In this document: one piece after another, positions 17,736-25,837 of the stretch
Numbering within the stretch: position 1 is the stretch's first letter
Layout: each line of letters begins with the position of its first letter
DNA from: an uncultured Actinomycetes bacterium
GTDB taxonomy: Bacteria > Actinomycetota > UBA4738 > HRBIN12
Length of the DNA stretch: 64,000 bases
NCBI GenBank assembly: GCA_963794065.1
Contig: CAWCDA010000042.1
Location: forward strand, 143,861 to 207,860
Direction of reading: 5' to 3'
Position numbers and translations under genes: made by a program
The notes under the pieces: generated by a model
Databases searched by the model: none
Told to the model about the DNA's origin: nothing
What the model saw: only the letters and a program-made list of their open reading frames with translations

Positions 17736-20542
17736 CCGGTCGTGACGCTCAGTTGGGGGCGGGTCCCGATCGCGCCCTCGCGCGATCCGAAATCGGCGCC
17801 ATCGGCGTTCGTGGTCACGATCCGCAGCGTGTACGTGCCATCGCCGTGGACGATCGATGAGAGATCGATCGTATAGGTGGTGCCGGCGACCACCTTGCCG
17901 AGGGTCGCGACCGTCGCGCCCGCGGCCGGAGCCGTGTTCCAGGTGACCGTGCTCTCCGTCCAGTCGTTCGAGGCGGCGACCGTGAACAGGCCGCCGCTCG
18001 GCGAGGCGTCGATGCACGACACCCGGAGGCTCGCCGCCGTCACCGTCCGGGTGCCGACGCCGCTCACGGTGAAGCGGATCAGGTACTGCTTCACCGGGCT
18101 GTTGTCCGTCTCGAGCTTCACCGAGGCGCCGTAGTTCGTCGTCGGAGACGCCGCGTACAGCGAGGCGTCGGCATCGGGGGCGAACGTCAGGACCGTCGCC
18201 TGTGGCACCGTCGCCTGCACGGGCGATGACATCGGCGACGGGTTGCCCGCCGTGTCGTATGCCGAAACCGTGTACGTGTACGTGGCGCCCGAGGCGACGG
18301 ATGGATCGGAGAAGGTGGTCGCGGCGGTCGAGGCCACATACAGACCGTCCCGGAAGACCGCGTAGTTCCGGATACCTGCGTCGTCGCTGCTGGCCGTCCA
18401 CGACAGGTCGACGCGCCCGGGCGTCGAGGTCGCGGCGATCAACGCGGTCGGTTGACTCGGCGGCGTTCGGTCGGCGAGGGGCGTCGCGCCGGCGACGATC
18501 GCGAAGGAGTCCTGCAACGTGCCGTCGATCTTCGTGAACGCGGCGTCGATGCGATCGGCGGTGACGGTGTACTGCATGAAGCCGTGGCTCGACGTATCCA
18601 GCTTCACGAAGTAGGGCGACTCGGGGTCGGCGGGGTAGGTGTTGTAGAGGCCCTGGCCGAACGTGCCGGCGATCACATCGACCGACCCCGCCCCCTTGGG
18701 ATAGATGCCGTCCAGGCCGTCGTCGGCCACACAACCGGCGACGTAGCCGGTCCCGGGGATGCTCGGACACGTCGTGGGATCGAGCGCCAGCTGCTTGCTC
18801 CGCTGGTAGCTGTGCTCGTGCCCGTGCAGGATCAGGTCGACGTGCTTGGCCACGAGCAGGTTCATCAGCTGCGGGCCCGCGGCGCAGGTGTACTGGCCCG
18901 CGGACAGGCACGGGAAGTGCATCCCGACGATCACCCACGGGATCCCGGCATCGTGGGCGGCATCGATCGTGCTCGCCAGCCAGTCGTAGTGCGGGTTGCC
19001 CGGCACGTAGTGGTAGTTGGTGCCGGCCACGGTCAGCTCCGGCGAGAGCATGATGAACCGCGCGAGCGGTGCGCCGGCGGGGTAGTCGAACGCGTACTCG
19101 GCGCCGTAGACCGAGCCGGGGCCGATCGACGCACCGAGGCGATCGGGCAGGCAGGCGGCGTGGTTCAGGATCGAGCCGTTCGCCCCGAAATCGTCCTCGT
19201 GGTTGCCGGACACGACCTCGAACGGGAACCCCACACCCTTCGTCGGCAGGTTCGCGTGCACGTAGTCGCACCACGCGGCGTCGGTGAGGGTCTGGTCGTA
19301 ATCCATGTCGCCGAGCGCGAGGTAGAACGCGGCCGGAGACGCGTCGAGGGCGGCGAGGCTCGCGGTCGCCTTCGCGTTCGCACCGTGATCCCCGGCGGCC
19401 GCGAACGTGAAGCTGCTGGGCGCCGTGGGGGTCGCCGCCGTCACCGACGCCGGCGCCGACCGGTTGCCCGTGGGGTCGATCGCCGTCACCTCGTAGACGA
19501 CCGTGCTCCCCTGGAGAATGGTCGTGTCGATGTACCCGGGCACCGCGACGTCACCCTGGACGATGCCGTCGCGCTGGACCTCGTAGGTCGCCACCGCCAC
19601 ATCGTCGGTCGAGGCCGTCCAGGACAGGGTGACCCGTCGAGGGCCCTCGACCGTCGCCAGGAGATCCGACGGCGGACTCGGTGGAGTCATGTCGGTCGCG
19701 TTCGCCACCGTCACCGCGACCGCGGTGGAGGTCGCGGCATGTCCGGCCGCGTCGTGGGCGATCGCCGTGATCGTGTGCGCGCCGTTCGCCGCGAGGAGTG
19801 TGTTCCAGCTCACCGCGTAGGGCTCGCTCGTGTCCGATCCGATCACCATTCCGTCGACGGCGACGTCGACGGCGGTCACGGCGGTGTCGTCGTGGGCGGT
19901 CGCCTCGACCGGCACCGTGCCGGCGACCATCGACCCGAACACGGGGCCGGTTACCGCCACCGTCGGCGACGTGGTGTCGGGCGGCGGGGTCGCGGTGATG
20001 ACGATCTGGGGCCGTTGCGAGGCCGTGGCCTCGCGGGACGCGTAGTCCACGCCGTCGGCCGAGCTCGAGGTGATCCGGACGGAGTACGTGCCGTCGCCTG
20101 CGACGAGGGGCGTCAGGTTGAAGGTCACCCACGACCCCACGACCGCCTTGCCGGCCGGAGAGGAGATCGGCGTCGGGTCGGCCGCTGGCGCGTTCGTCCA
20201 CGTCACGTTCTCACTCCAGGTTTGTGACGCCACCCGGTAGGCGGTACCCGCGACGGGCGACGCGTTCGTCACGTAGAGCCGAAGGCTCGCGGCGGCCACG
20301 ACGTCGGTCCCCACGCCGCTGACCGAGAAGCGGAGCAACGTGTGTTCGGTCGGCGAGTTGTCGGCGGTGAACGAGGTGGTCGTGCCGTAGGAGCGGGTTG
20401 GCTTGTCCGAACGGACCGTCGTGTCCGCGACCGCCCCGAACGTCAAGGTGCGCGTCGCGCCCGATGCGGCGCCGGCGGACAGGAATGTGGCGAGCAGCGC
20501 GACAACGGCGATGCACACGGGGAAGCGATGCGCGGACCGCAT
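17732..20542 (-). CDS. large secreted metallophosphoesterase with N- and C-terminal DNRLRE-type domains plus Ig-like and FN3 domains
   Basis: Intact 936-aa ORF with signal peptide MRSAHRFPVCIAVVALLATFLSAGAASG. The segment NSPTEHTLLRFSVSGVG...SQTWSENVTWTNAP is repeated near the C-terminus (NSPVKQYLIRFTVSGVG...NDWTESTVTWNTAP). Calcineurin-like motifs are GDMDYD, GNHED and HGHEHSYQRS. Confidence 0.8.
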   Translation of the reverse strand: MRSAHRFPVCIAVVALLATFLSAGAASGATRTLTFGAVADTTVRSDKPTRSYGTTTSFTADNSPTEHTLLRFSVSGVGTDVVAAASLRLYVTNASPVAGTAYRVASQTWSENVTWTNAPAADPTPISSPAGKAVVGSWVTFNLTPLVAGDGTYSVRITSSSADGVDYASREATASQRPQIVITATPPPDTTSPTVAVTGPVFGSMVAGTVPVEATAHDDTAVTAVDVAVDGMVIGSDTSEPYAVSWNTLLAANGAHTITAIAHDAAGHAATSTAVAVTVANATDMTPPSPPSDLLATVEGPRRVTLSWTASTDDVAVATYEVQRDGIVQGDVAVPGYIDTTILQGSTVVYEVTAIDPTGNRSAPASVTAATPTAPSSFTFAAAGDHGANAKATASLAALDASPAAFYLALGDMDYDQTLTDAAWCDYVHANLPTKGVGFPFEVVSGNHEDDFGANGSILNHAACLPDRLGASIGPGSVYGAEYAFDYPAGAPLARFIMLSPELTVAGTNYHYVPGNPHYDWLASTIDAAHDAGIPWVIVGMHFPCLSAGQYTCAAGPQLMNLLVAKHVDLILHGHEHSYQRSKQLALDPTTCPSIPGTGYVAGCVADDGLDGIYPKGAGSVDVIAGTFGQGLYNTYPADPESPYFVKLDTSSHGFMQYTVTADRIDAAFTKIDGTLQDSFAIVAGATPLADRTPPSQPTALIAATSTPGRVDLSWTASSDDAGIRNYAVFRDGLYVASTAATTFSDPSVASGATYTYTVSAYDTAGNPSPMSSPVQATVPQATVLTFAPDADASLYAASPTTNYGASVKLETDNSPVKQYLIRFTVSGVGTRTVTAASLRVSCIDASPSGGLFTVAASNDWTESTVTWNTAPAAGATVATLGKVVAGTTYTIDLSSIVHGDGTYTLRIVTTNADGADFGSREGAIGTRPQLSVTTG

Positions 20543-20623
20543 CGGAGCTCCCCCTCCCCCGTTGGACCTACGGACGTTGACGGGTCACCCTATCCCTGTG
20601 ACGCAACCGACGCAACGACCCGC

Positions 20624-21097
20624 TCACGCAGCAGGGGAGGGCGTCTTCCCCGCCGCGACGGTCGCGGTCGCGGTCGTGGGCGCACTCGTTTGGAACGTGA
20701 ACGACAGGGTCACCGTCGCGCCGGGGGCGAGGGCCGGGGTGATGCCCAGCAGCACGATGTGCGGCCCGCCGGGTCCGAAGAACACGACTTTGTCCGGGGG
20801 CAGCGGGATGCCCGAGACCGGACCGGTGTCGCCGGCCGCCGACCCGCCGTGGATCTCGGCGGCCGTCGCGCACGTGCACGACACCCCAAGCAGCCGGTCG
20901 CGGGTGGTCCCCGCGTTGTGAAGTCCGAGCGCGACGTCGGCTGAATCGGTCCCCCCGAGGGTCACGACGGGGGCGAGTGCGTGCACCTCCGACGCCGACA
21001 CTGCCGCATCCGGGGTGCTCGAGCTCGGTCCCGACCCGCGACAGGCGGCGAGCAGCCAGACGAGCCCAAGGATCGCGAGCCATCGTGATCCCTTCAC
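20624..21097 (-). CDS. PCu(A)C-like (DUF461) lipoprotein, variant lacking the usual Met ligands
   Basis: GTG 21097 overlaps the lacI stop (GTGA). The lipobox is WLLAAC. The body LGLHNAGTTRDRLLGVSCTCATAAEIHGG...FFGPGGPHIVLLGITPALAPGATVTLSFTF follows the PCuAC pattern as I recall it. Confidence 0.6.
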   Translation of the reverse strand: MKGSRWLAILGLVWLLAACRGSGPSSSTPDAAVSASEVHALAPVVTLGGTDSADVALGLHNAGTTRDRLLGVSCTCATAAEIHGGSAAGDTGPVSGIPLPPDKVVFFGPGGPHIVLLGITPALAPGATVTLSFTFQTSAPTTATATVAAGKTPSPAA

Positions 21098-22113
21098 CGT
21101 GCAGTGCTCGCCCTCGGCACCAGGGTGGTCGGCACGACCTCCTCGCACGGCGGGACGCGGACGCCCTCGATCACATCGAGCAGCATCGCTGCCGCGCGTC
21201 GACCGAGCTCCGCGTAGTTCCATTCGAGCGAGGTCAGCGACGGCGTGGTCTCCACGCCGCGACCGACGTCGTGCGTCGTCGCGAGCATGAGATCCTCCGG
21301 CACCCCGACACCTCGGGCGGCGAGCTCGCCCAGCACCATGACGCCGGCGAGCTCGATCGGCACGAACAGCGCGTCGGGCGTCGGACGCCTCGCCAACAGT
21401 CGATCGAGCGCGGCTTGGTACGAGGCCTCAGGATCACGTGTGAGGTCGGCCATGCCGACCACCTCAAGCAGGGGCGGCCGCCCCACCGAGGTGCACCACC
21501 GTCGGTAGGTCTCGGCGCAGTCCCGGGTGAAGGCGTTCAGCGGCGGCGGCGCGAGCATGGCGATCCGTTCGCCACCGGCCGTCGCCAGGTGATCGAGGAC
21601 GCGCACCGTGCCGTCGCGGTCGTCGGAACGCACGATGGCATCGGCCCCGCCGCCCGCGGGGTCGACGGAGATCGTCACGAACGGTATGCCTCGGCGGCGA
21701 AGGTCGGGCAACGCGGGCTCGCCCACGACGGGCTCGATCACGATCACGCCGTCCAACGGCACGCGATCCCAGATGAACCAGTCGGCGCCCGGCGGGGACA
21801 CGACGAGCGCTTGGTCGCGGCCGACGGCCACACCGGTGGCCGCCGTGATGAGCTCCGAGAAGAACCCGAACTCCGTGAACTCGAAACGAAGCTCGCGGGG
21901 GAGGGACGGGATCGCAGCGATCAGCCCGGTGTGACCGGACACCAGGGAGCGGGCGGCCGGATTGGGTCGATACCCGAGGCGATCGGCCACCTCGCGGACG
22001 CGCTTGCGCGTGTCGGCGTTCAGCCGGCCCTTCCCGTTGAGGGCGTGGGAGACGGTGGTGACGGACACGCCCGCCTCACGGGCGACATCCCGGATGCTCA
22101 CTCGCCCCGTCAT
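21094..22113 (-). CDS. LacI-family transcriptional regulator
   Basis: The N-terminal HTH is SIRDVAREAGVSVTTVSHALNGKGRLNADTRKRVREVADRLGYRPNPAARSL. It is followed by a periplasmic-binding-fold C-domain. Confidence 0.9.
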   Translation of the reverse strand: MTGRVSIRDVAREAGVSVTTVSHALNGKGRLNADTRKRVREVADRLGYRPNPAARSLVSGHTGLIAAIPSLPRELRFEFTEFGFFSELITAATGVAVGRDQALVVSPPGADWFIWDRVPLDGVIVIEPVVGEPALPDLRRRGIPFVTISVDPAGGGADAIVRSDDRDGTVRVLDHLATAGGERIAMLAPPPLNAFTRDCAETYRRWCTSVGRPPLLEVVGMADLTRDPEASYQAALDRLLARRPTPDALFVPIELAGVMVLGELAARGVGVPEDLMLATTHDVGRGVETTPSLTSLEWNYAELGRRAAAMLLDVIEGVRVPPCEEVVPTTLVPRASTAR

Positions 22114-22184
22114 CGCAGCCGGAGCCTATCGCCACGGGTTGCTCGGTCACCACACCCTCGGCCGTGGTGCGCGAACGCTGGTGG

Positions 22185-22844
22185 CTACGCCGCCGCTTCG
22201 ATCCCGAGAAGGGTCTTGGCGCGGCTCACCGCCTTGGGCGCGTCCGGCGCGAAGCCGTCGGCCCCGATCTCCGTCGCCCACTCCTGCGTGACGGGGGCGC
22301 CGCCCACCATCACCTTGATCGAGTCGAACAGGCCCTCCTTCTTGAGGGCCTCGATCACGACCTTCTGCTGGGGGACCGTCGTGGTGAGCAGCGCCGACAT
22401 GCCGAGGATGTCGGGCTGCAGCTCGCGCACCGCGGTCAGGATCTTCTCCAGGGGGGTGTCCTTGCCGAGGTCGGTTACCTCGAAGCCCGCGGTCTTCAGC
22501 ATCGCGCCGACCATGTTCTTGCCGAGGTCGTGCAGGTCACCTTTCACGGTGCACAGGATCACCTTGCCGGTGATCTGCTTCTCGCCGCCGGCCGCCAGGA
22601 GCGCGGGCTCCACGAGGTCGTTGCACATCTTGAACAGCGTGGCCGAGGCAACCACCTCGGGCAGGAACACCTCGCCTCGCGACCACATCGCGCCCAAGGT
22701 GAACATCGCCGTGGCCATCGCGTCCTGCAGGATGATCACCGGATCGGCGCCCTCGTCCAGCAGCGCCTGCGTTGCCTCGACCCCTTCGTCGCGCTTCGCG
22801 CCGATCAGTGACTGGCGAAGCTTCTCCATGTTCTCTTCAGACAT
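22185..22844 (-). CDS. corrinoid (B12)-binding protein of a methyltransferase system (MttC/MtgC-like)
   Basis: B12-binding signature GDLHDLGKN (DxHxxG), then MSALLTTT (SxL), then MVGGAP (GG). An N-terminal helical cap domain is present. 219 aa. Confidence 0.85.
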   Translation of the reverse strand: MSEENMEKLRQSLIGAKRDEGVEATQALLDEGADPVIILQDAMATAMFTLGAMWSRGEVFLPEVVASATLFKMCNDLVEPALLAAGGEKQITGKVILCTVKGDLHDLGKNMVGAMLKTAGFEVTDLGKDTPLEKILTAVRELQPDILGMSALLTTTVPQQKVVIEALKKEGLFDSIKVMVGGAPVTQEWATEIGADGFAPDAPKAVSRAKTLLGIEAAA

Positions 22845-22927
22845 CTGCGTTCTCCTCAGATGGGGCCGGCGAGCCGACCGCGTTTGAATGGCCGTTCAAT
22901 ATACCGTGTCGCAGGTCGCGGGGGTAC

Positions 22928-24403
22928 TCAGGCGGCCTCGACGTGCTCCTGCTCGAACCGTTCCACGATGCCGCGGATCTCGTCTGCCGCGCCGTCGGGC
23001 AGCGGGTAGGGCTCATGGGACTCCAGGATCTCGTTGGCGCGCGCGATCGCCTTCGTCTTGGAGATCGGACGGCCGTTGGCCTCCCAGTCCTCCCAGTTGC
23101 CTCGATCGAACATCTTGGACTGCCAGACCTCGCGCATGTGCGTCAGCGTGTGGTCCTGATCGAGGAAGTGTCCTCCGGGCTGCACGGCGTCGATCACGTC
23201 GACCGCAAGCGACTCCGCGTCCCAGCTCTGGATGCCCTCCGACGTGGAGCAGATCAGGTCCCAGACCTCGGCGTCCAACACGAGTTGCGCGGCGCTGAAC
23301 ACCCGGGCCGCGTACAGCAGACCCGCTCCGCTTGCCATGTCGACCCCGGCGATCCAACTCGCGAACCCCGACAGCGCGTTCTCGACGCCGCCCTGCCAGT
23401 CGCTCGTCTTCGATCCGGTCGCGAACGTGCCCACCATCGACTTCAAGCCGTATGCGCGCGCGAGCTGGGCGTTGGACATCTGGAACACGAGGTCCTCCGG
23501 TCCGCCGCAGTTGGCCGCGCCCGACCACAGGTCCATCGTCGTGACCGCGCTGGCGTAGAACGTGCGAGCGCCCGGGGCGAGGAGCTGATGGGCGATGACC
23601 CCGCCGATCACCTCGGCGTTGTTGACCACCATGGTGCCGGCGCGGGTGATCGGCGAGGTTGCACCGAGGATCGGCATCACCATGAAGCCGCTCGGCACGT
23701 CGGCCTTCGCAAACTCCACGGCCGCGGCGAGTGGGCCGCCGTCGTAGACGAGCGGCGACACGCTGCACTGGAACGCCGACAGGATCGGCCGGTCGCGAAG
23801 CGCTTGTTCGCCGCCGACCGCAACCGCGGCCATCTCGGCGCTCGCAACCGCCTGCTCCGGGGTGACGGCGGTCATCATCACGATGTGCTTGCCGGTGTTG
23901 TTCAGATTCGCCTCGAGGTTGTGCAGCGGCTCGGAGGGCACCGGCATCTCGCGGCTCACCGCCGGCTGCCAGACGTAGCCGATCTGCGGGAGCGCGTCGC
24001 CGATCCTCGTGCCGGCGGCCACGTCCGCCTTTGTCGAGGCCCGGCGCAGGTCGGTTTCGAGGTCGACGACCTCGGCCGCGTTCCCATCGACGCCGAGATA
24101 CCCGCGTGTGCCGTCCAGGATGAGGTCCAGGCCCGGTTCGCGGGAGGCCAGCGGCAGGTCGCCGGGCACGGTCGCGAGCGCCCCCGCCTGCACGTCCTTC
24201 GGGAAGCGAGCCCGGCTGTCCTCCTCATCGATCACGGCGCCCGCGGCGCCGAGCTGCGCCAGGAGGCTGTCCGAGCGCACCTGGATGCCCGTGCGCCACA
24301 GGACCTCGGCAGTTGCCTCCCTGATGGCCTCCACGGCCTCCTCGGGGAGGATGTCGACGGGCGTCGACCGGTGATGGACGTAGCGGATCTCGCGCTCTGC
24401 CAT
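22928..24403 (-). CDS. MttB-superfamily (trimethylamine methyltransferase family) protein, non-pyrrolysine type; probable quaternary-amine:corrinoid methyltransferase
   Basis: ATG 24403 (MAEREIRYVHHRSTPVDILPEEAVEAIREA...) has GAGGAGA upstream. The product is 491 aa. It is uninterrupted, with no in-frame TAG. The rest of ORF 22928..25741 is antisense read-through of the next gene. Confidence 0.8.
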   Translation of the reverse strand: MAEREIRYVHHRSTPVDILPEEAVEAIREATAEVLWRTGIQVRSDSLLAQLGAAGAVIDEEDSRARFPKDVQAGALATVPGDLPLASREPGLDLILDGTRGYLGVDGNAAEVVDLETDLRRASTKADVAAGTRIGDALPQIGYVWQPAVSREMPVPSEPLHNLEANLNNTGKHIVMMTAVTPEQAVASAEMAAVAVGGEQALRDRPILSAFQCSVSPLVYDGGPLAAAVEFAKADVPSGFMVMPILGATSPITRAGTMVVNNAEVIGGVIAHQLLAPGARTFYASAVTTMDLWSGAANCGGPEDLVFQMSNAQLARAYGLKSMVGTFATGSKTSDWQGGVENALSGFASWIAGVDMASGAGLLYAARVFSAAQLVLDAEVWDLICSTSEGIQSWDAESLAVDVIDAVQPGGHFLDQDHTLTHMREVWQSKMFDRGNWEDWEANGRPISKTKAIARANEILESHEPYPLPDGAADEIRGIVERFEQEHVEAA

Positions 24404-24501
24404 GAAGGGGTCTCTCCTCGAAGTCGTCGGCGTTGGAACAGGGCTCGGGCGAATCGTCGATGCACGGTGCCACGAGCGGGGGTCGTCCGGAACCGTTCGG
24501 A

Positions 24502-24516
24502 CTGACCGTGGGTCAG
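24502..24516. promoter_or_regulatory. perfect inverted repeat CTGACC-GTG-GGTCAG in the mttB / kinase divergent intergenic region (candidate operator)
   Basis: Read directly. It lies about 100 nt upstream of the mttB start. A LacI-family regulator is encoded in the same operon. No experimental or consensus support. Confidence 0.25.
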
Positions 24517-24553
24517 AACCGGCCGCTCCATGCGCCATCCGTAGACTCCCGCC

Positions 24554-25837
24554 GTGGAGGAGCGGGACGTCCGAGGAGCGATCGAAGATGCCGGCGTCCA
24601 GATCTGGCTGCCCGCCCATTTCGAGGGGTCGCTCCCCGCGGGCATCGTCCTGGACGACGTGATCCCAACGGGAAGCGGCTGGATCGCGATCGGATCCCTC
24701 GGCGAGGACGTGGTCGTGACACCTATCGCGACCGGCGACGGCCGGGTTCGTCGAGCGGCCGCGGGCGATGGAGTCTTCGCGTCCCTGCTGGCGCTCGTGG
24801 CCGCGGGCCCGACGGGCTCGCTGACGGCCGATCGGTACGCCGCGACGATCCCCGTCGGCGGATCGGAGCGCGCGATCGGCGTCGACCAGTCGAACGAATC
24901 GGTCGTGGTGGGTGAGCGCGCCGTCGTCAAGCTCTTCCCGCGCACGCGACCGGGCCGGCAGCCCGGTTTGGATCTGCCCGCGCATCTCGCGTCCGTGGGC
25001 TTCGAGGAGATCCCAGGACCGATCGGCGCCATCGTGTGGCGCGGGGAGACGCTCGTCGCGAGCATCGCATCGTTCGTGCCCGGCGCCCGCGATGGTTGGG
25101 CCTGGTATGTCAAGGCCGTCGTTGACGCCTGCCTCCGGGATGACTGGACGGCGGCGGATGGGCACGCCGGCGCGATCGGCGGCCTGGTCGCCCGGCTCCA
25201 TCGCGCGTTGGCGACGCCCTCGGCGGTGTTCCCGGTGCCGGTCGCCGAGGCGCGCGCGGATCTCGTCGACGGCTGGCGAGTCGACGCAGAGGCGAGGCTC
25301 GACGAGGCGCTCTCCGTCACGACCGGCTCGGCGGGCGATCGCCTCCGGGAACTCATCGCCGCCGCGCGGGCCGCCATCGGTTCGCTTTCCGAGATCGATG
25401 GCACGCCGGTCATGCGGATCCACGGCGATCTCCACGTCGGGCAGGTGTTGCGAAGCCCGAGCGGCAGGCTGTACGTGAACGACTTCGACGGCGATCCGCT
25501 CGCCGCCGACCGGACGGCGGCGGATGCCCCGGCGCGCGACGTGGCCTCGATGACCTGTGCGATCGACCACGTCGGCCGGGTGGTGGCGCGCCGGCACCCC
25601 GAGCACGCCGCGGCGGCGTCCGCGTGGTCGGAGCGTTCGCGTCGGACGTTCCTCGATGGATACCGGAGTGGTCTCGGCGACCGGCGTGCGCTCTTCGACG
25701 ATCGTCTCCTTGCGCCGTTCGAGGTCGCGCAGGAGGCGCACGAGTTCGTCTACGCGGCTCGCTACCTGCCCAGATGGACCTACGTGCCCGATGCCGCGAT
25801 GCCCGCCGTGCTCGACCGTTGGGGGTTCGGGCGATGA
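24554..25837 (+). CDS. maltokinase (Mak/Pep2)-like aminoglycoside-phosphotransferase-fold kinase
   Basis: IGVDQSNESVVVGERAVVKLFPR (Mak N-lobe motif), RIHGDLHVGQVLR and VNDFDGDP (catalytic loop and DFG-like motif). Confidence 0.65.
   Translation: MEERDVRGAIEDAGVQIWLPAHFEGSLPAGIVLDDVIPTGSGWIAIGSLGEDVVVTPIATGDGRVRRAAAGDGVFASLLALVAAGPTGSLTADRYAATIPVGGSERAIGVDQSNESVVVGERAVVKLFPRTRPGRQPGLDLPAHLASVGFEEIPGPIGAIVWRGETLVASIASFVPGARDGWAWYVKAVVDACLRDDWTAADGHAGAIGGLVARLHRALATPSAVFPVPVAEARADLVDGWRVDAEARLDEALSVTTGSAGDRLRELIAAARAAIGSLSEIDGTPVMRIHGDLHVGQVLRSPSGRLYVNDFDGDPLAADRTAADAPARDVASMTCAIDHVGRVVARRHPEHAAAASAWSERSRRTFLDGYRSGLGDRRALFDDRLLAPFEVAQEAHEFVYAARYLPRWTYVPDAAMPAVLDRWGFGR

Noticed and set aside
14724-19274. 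Very long ORFs with no recognisable protein content. Examples: 14724..19274 minus (1516 aa), 2743..4590 minus, 6727..8418 minus, 38360..40168 minus, 44707..47277 plus, 22772..24505 plus.
   Set aside because: All are antisense or out of frame relative to genes with clear family motifs, and they are extremely Arg/Pro/Gly-rich. This is the expected stop-codon-poor shadow ORF phenomenon of a high-GC genome.
22928-24403. Pyrrolysine (in-frame TAG) in the MttB-family gene.
   Set aside because: The ORF is continuous with no internal TAG, and no pyl genes are seen. It is a non-Pyl member.
24404-25741. N-terminal 446-aa extension of the MttB ORF (22928..25741 reported as 937 aa).
   Set aside because: The extension is antisense to the Mak-like kinase gene and has shadow-ORF composition. 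A good RBS plus ATG at 24403 gives a family-typical 491-aa protein.
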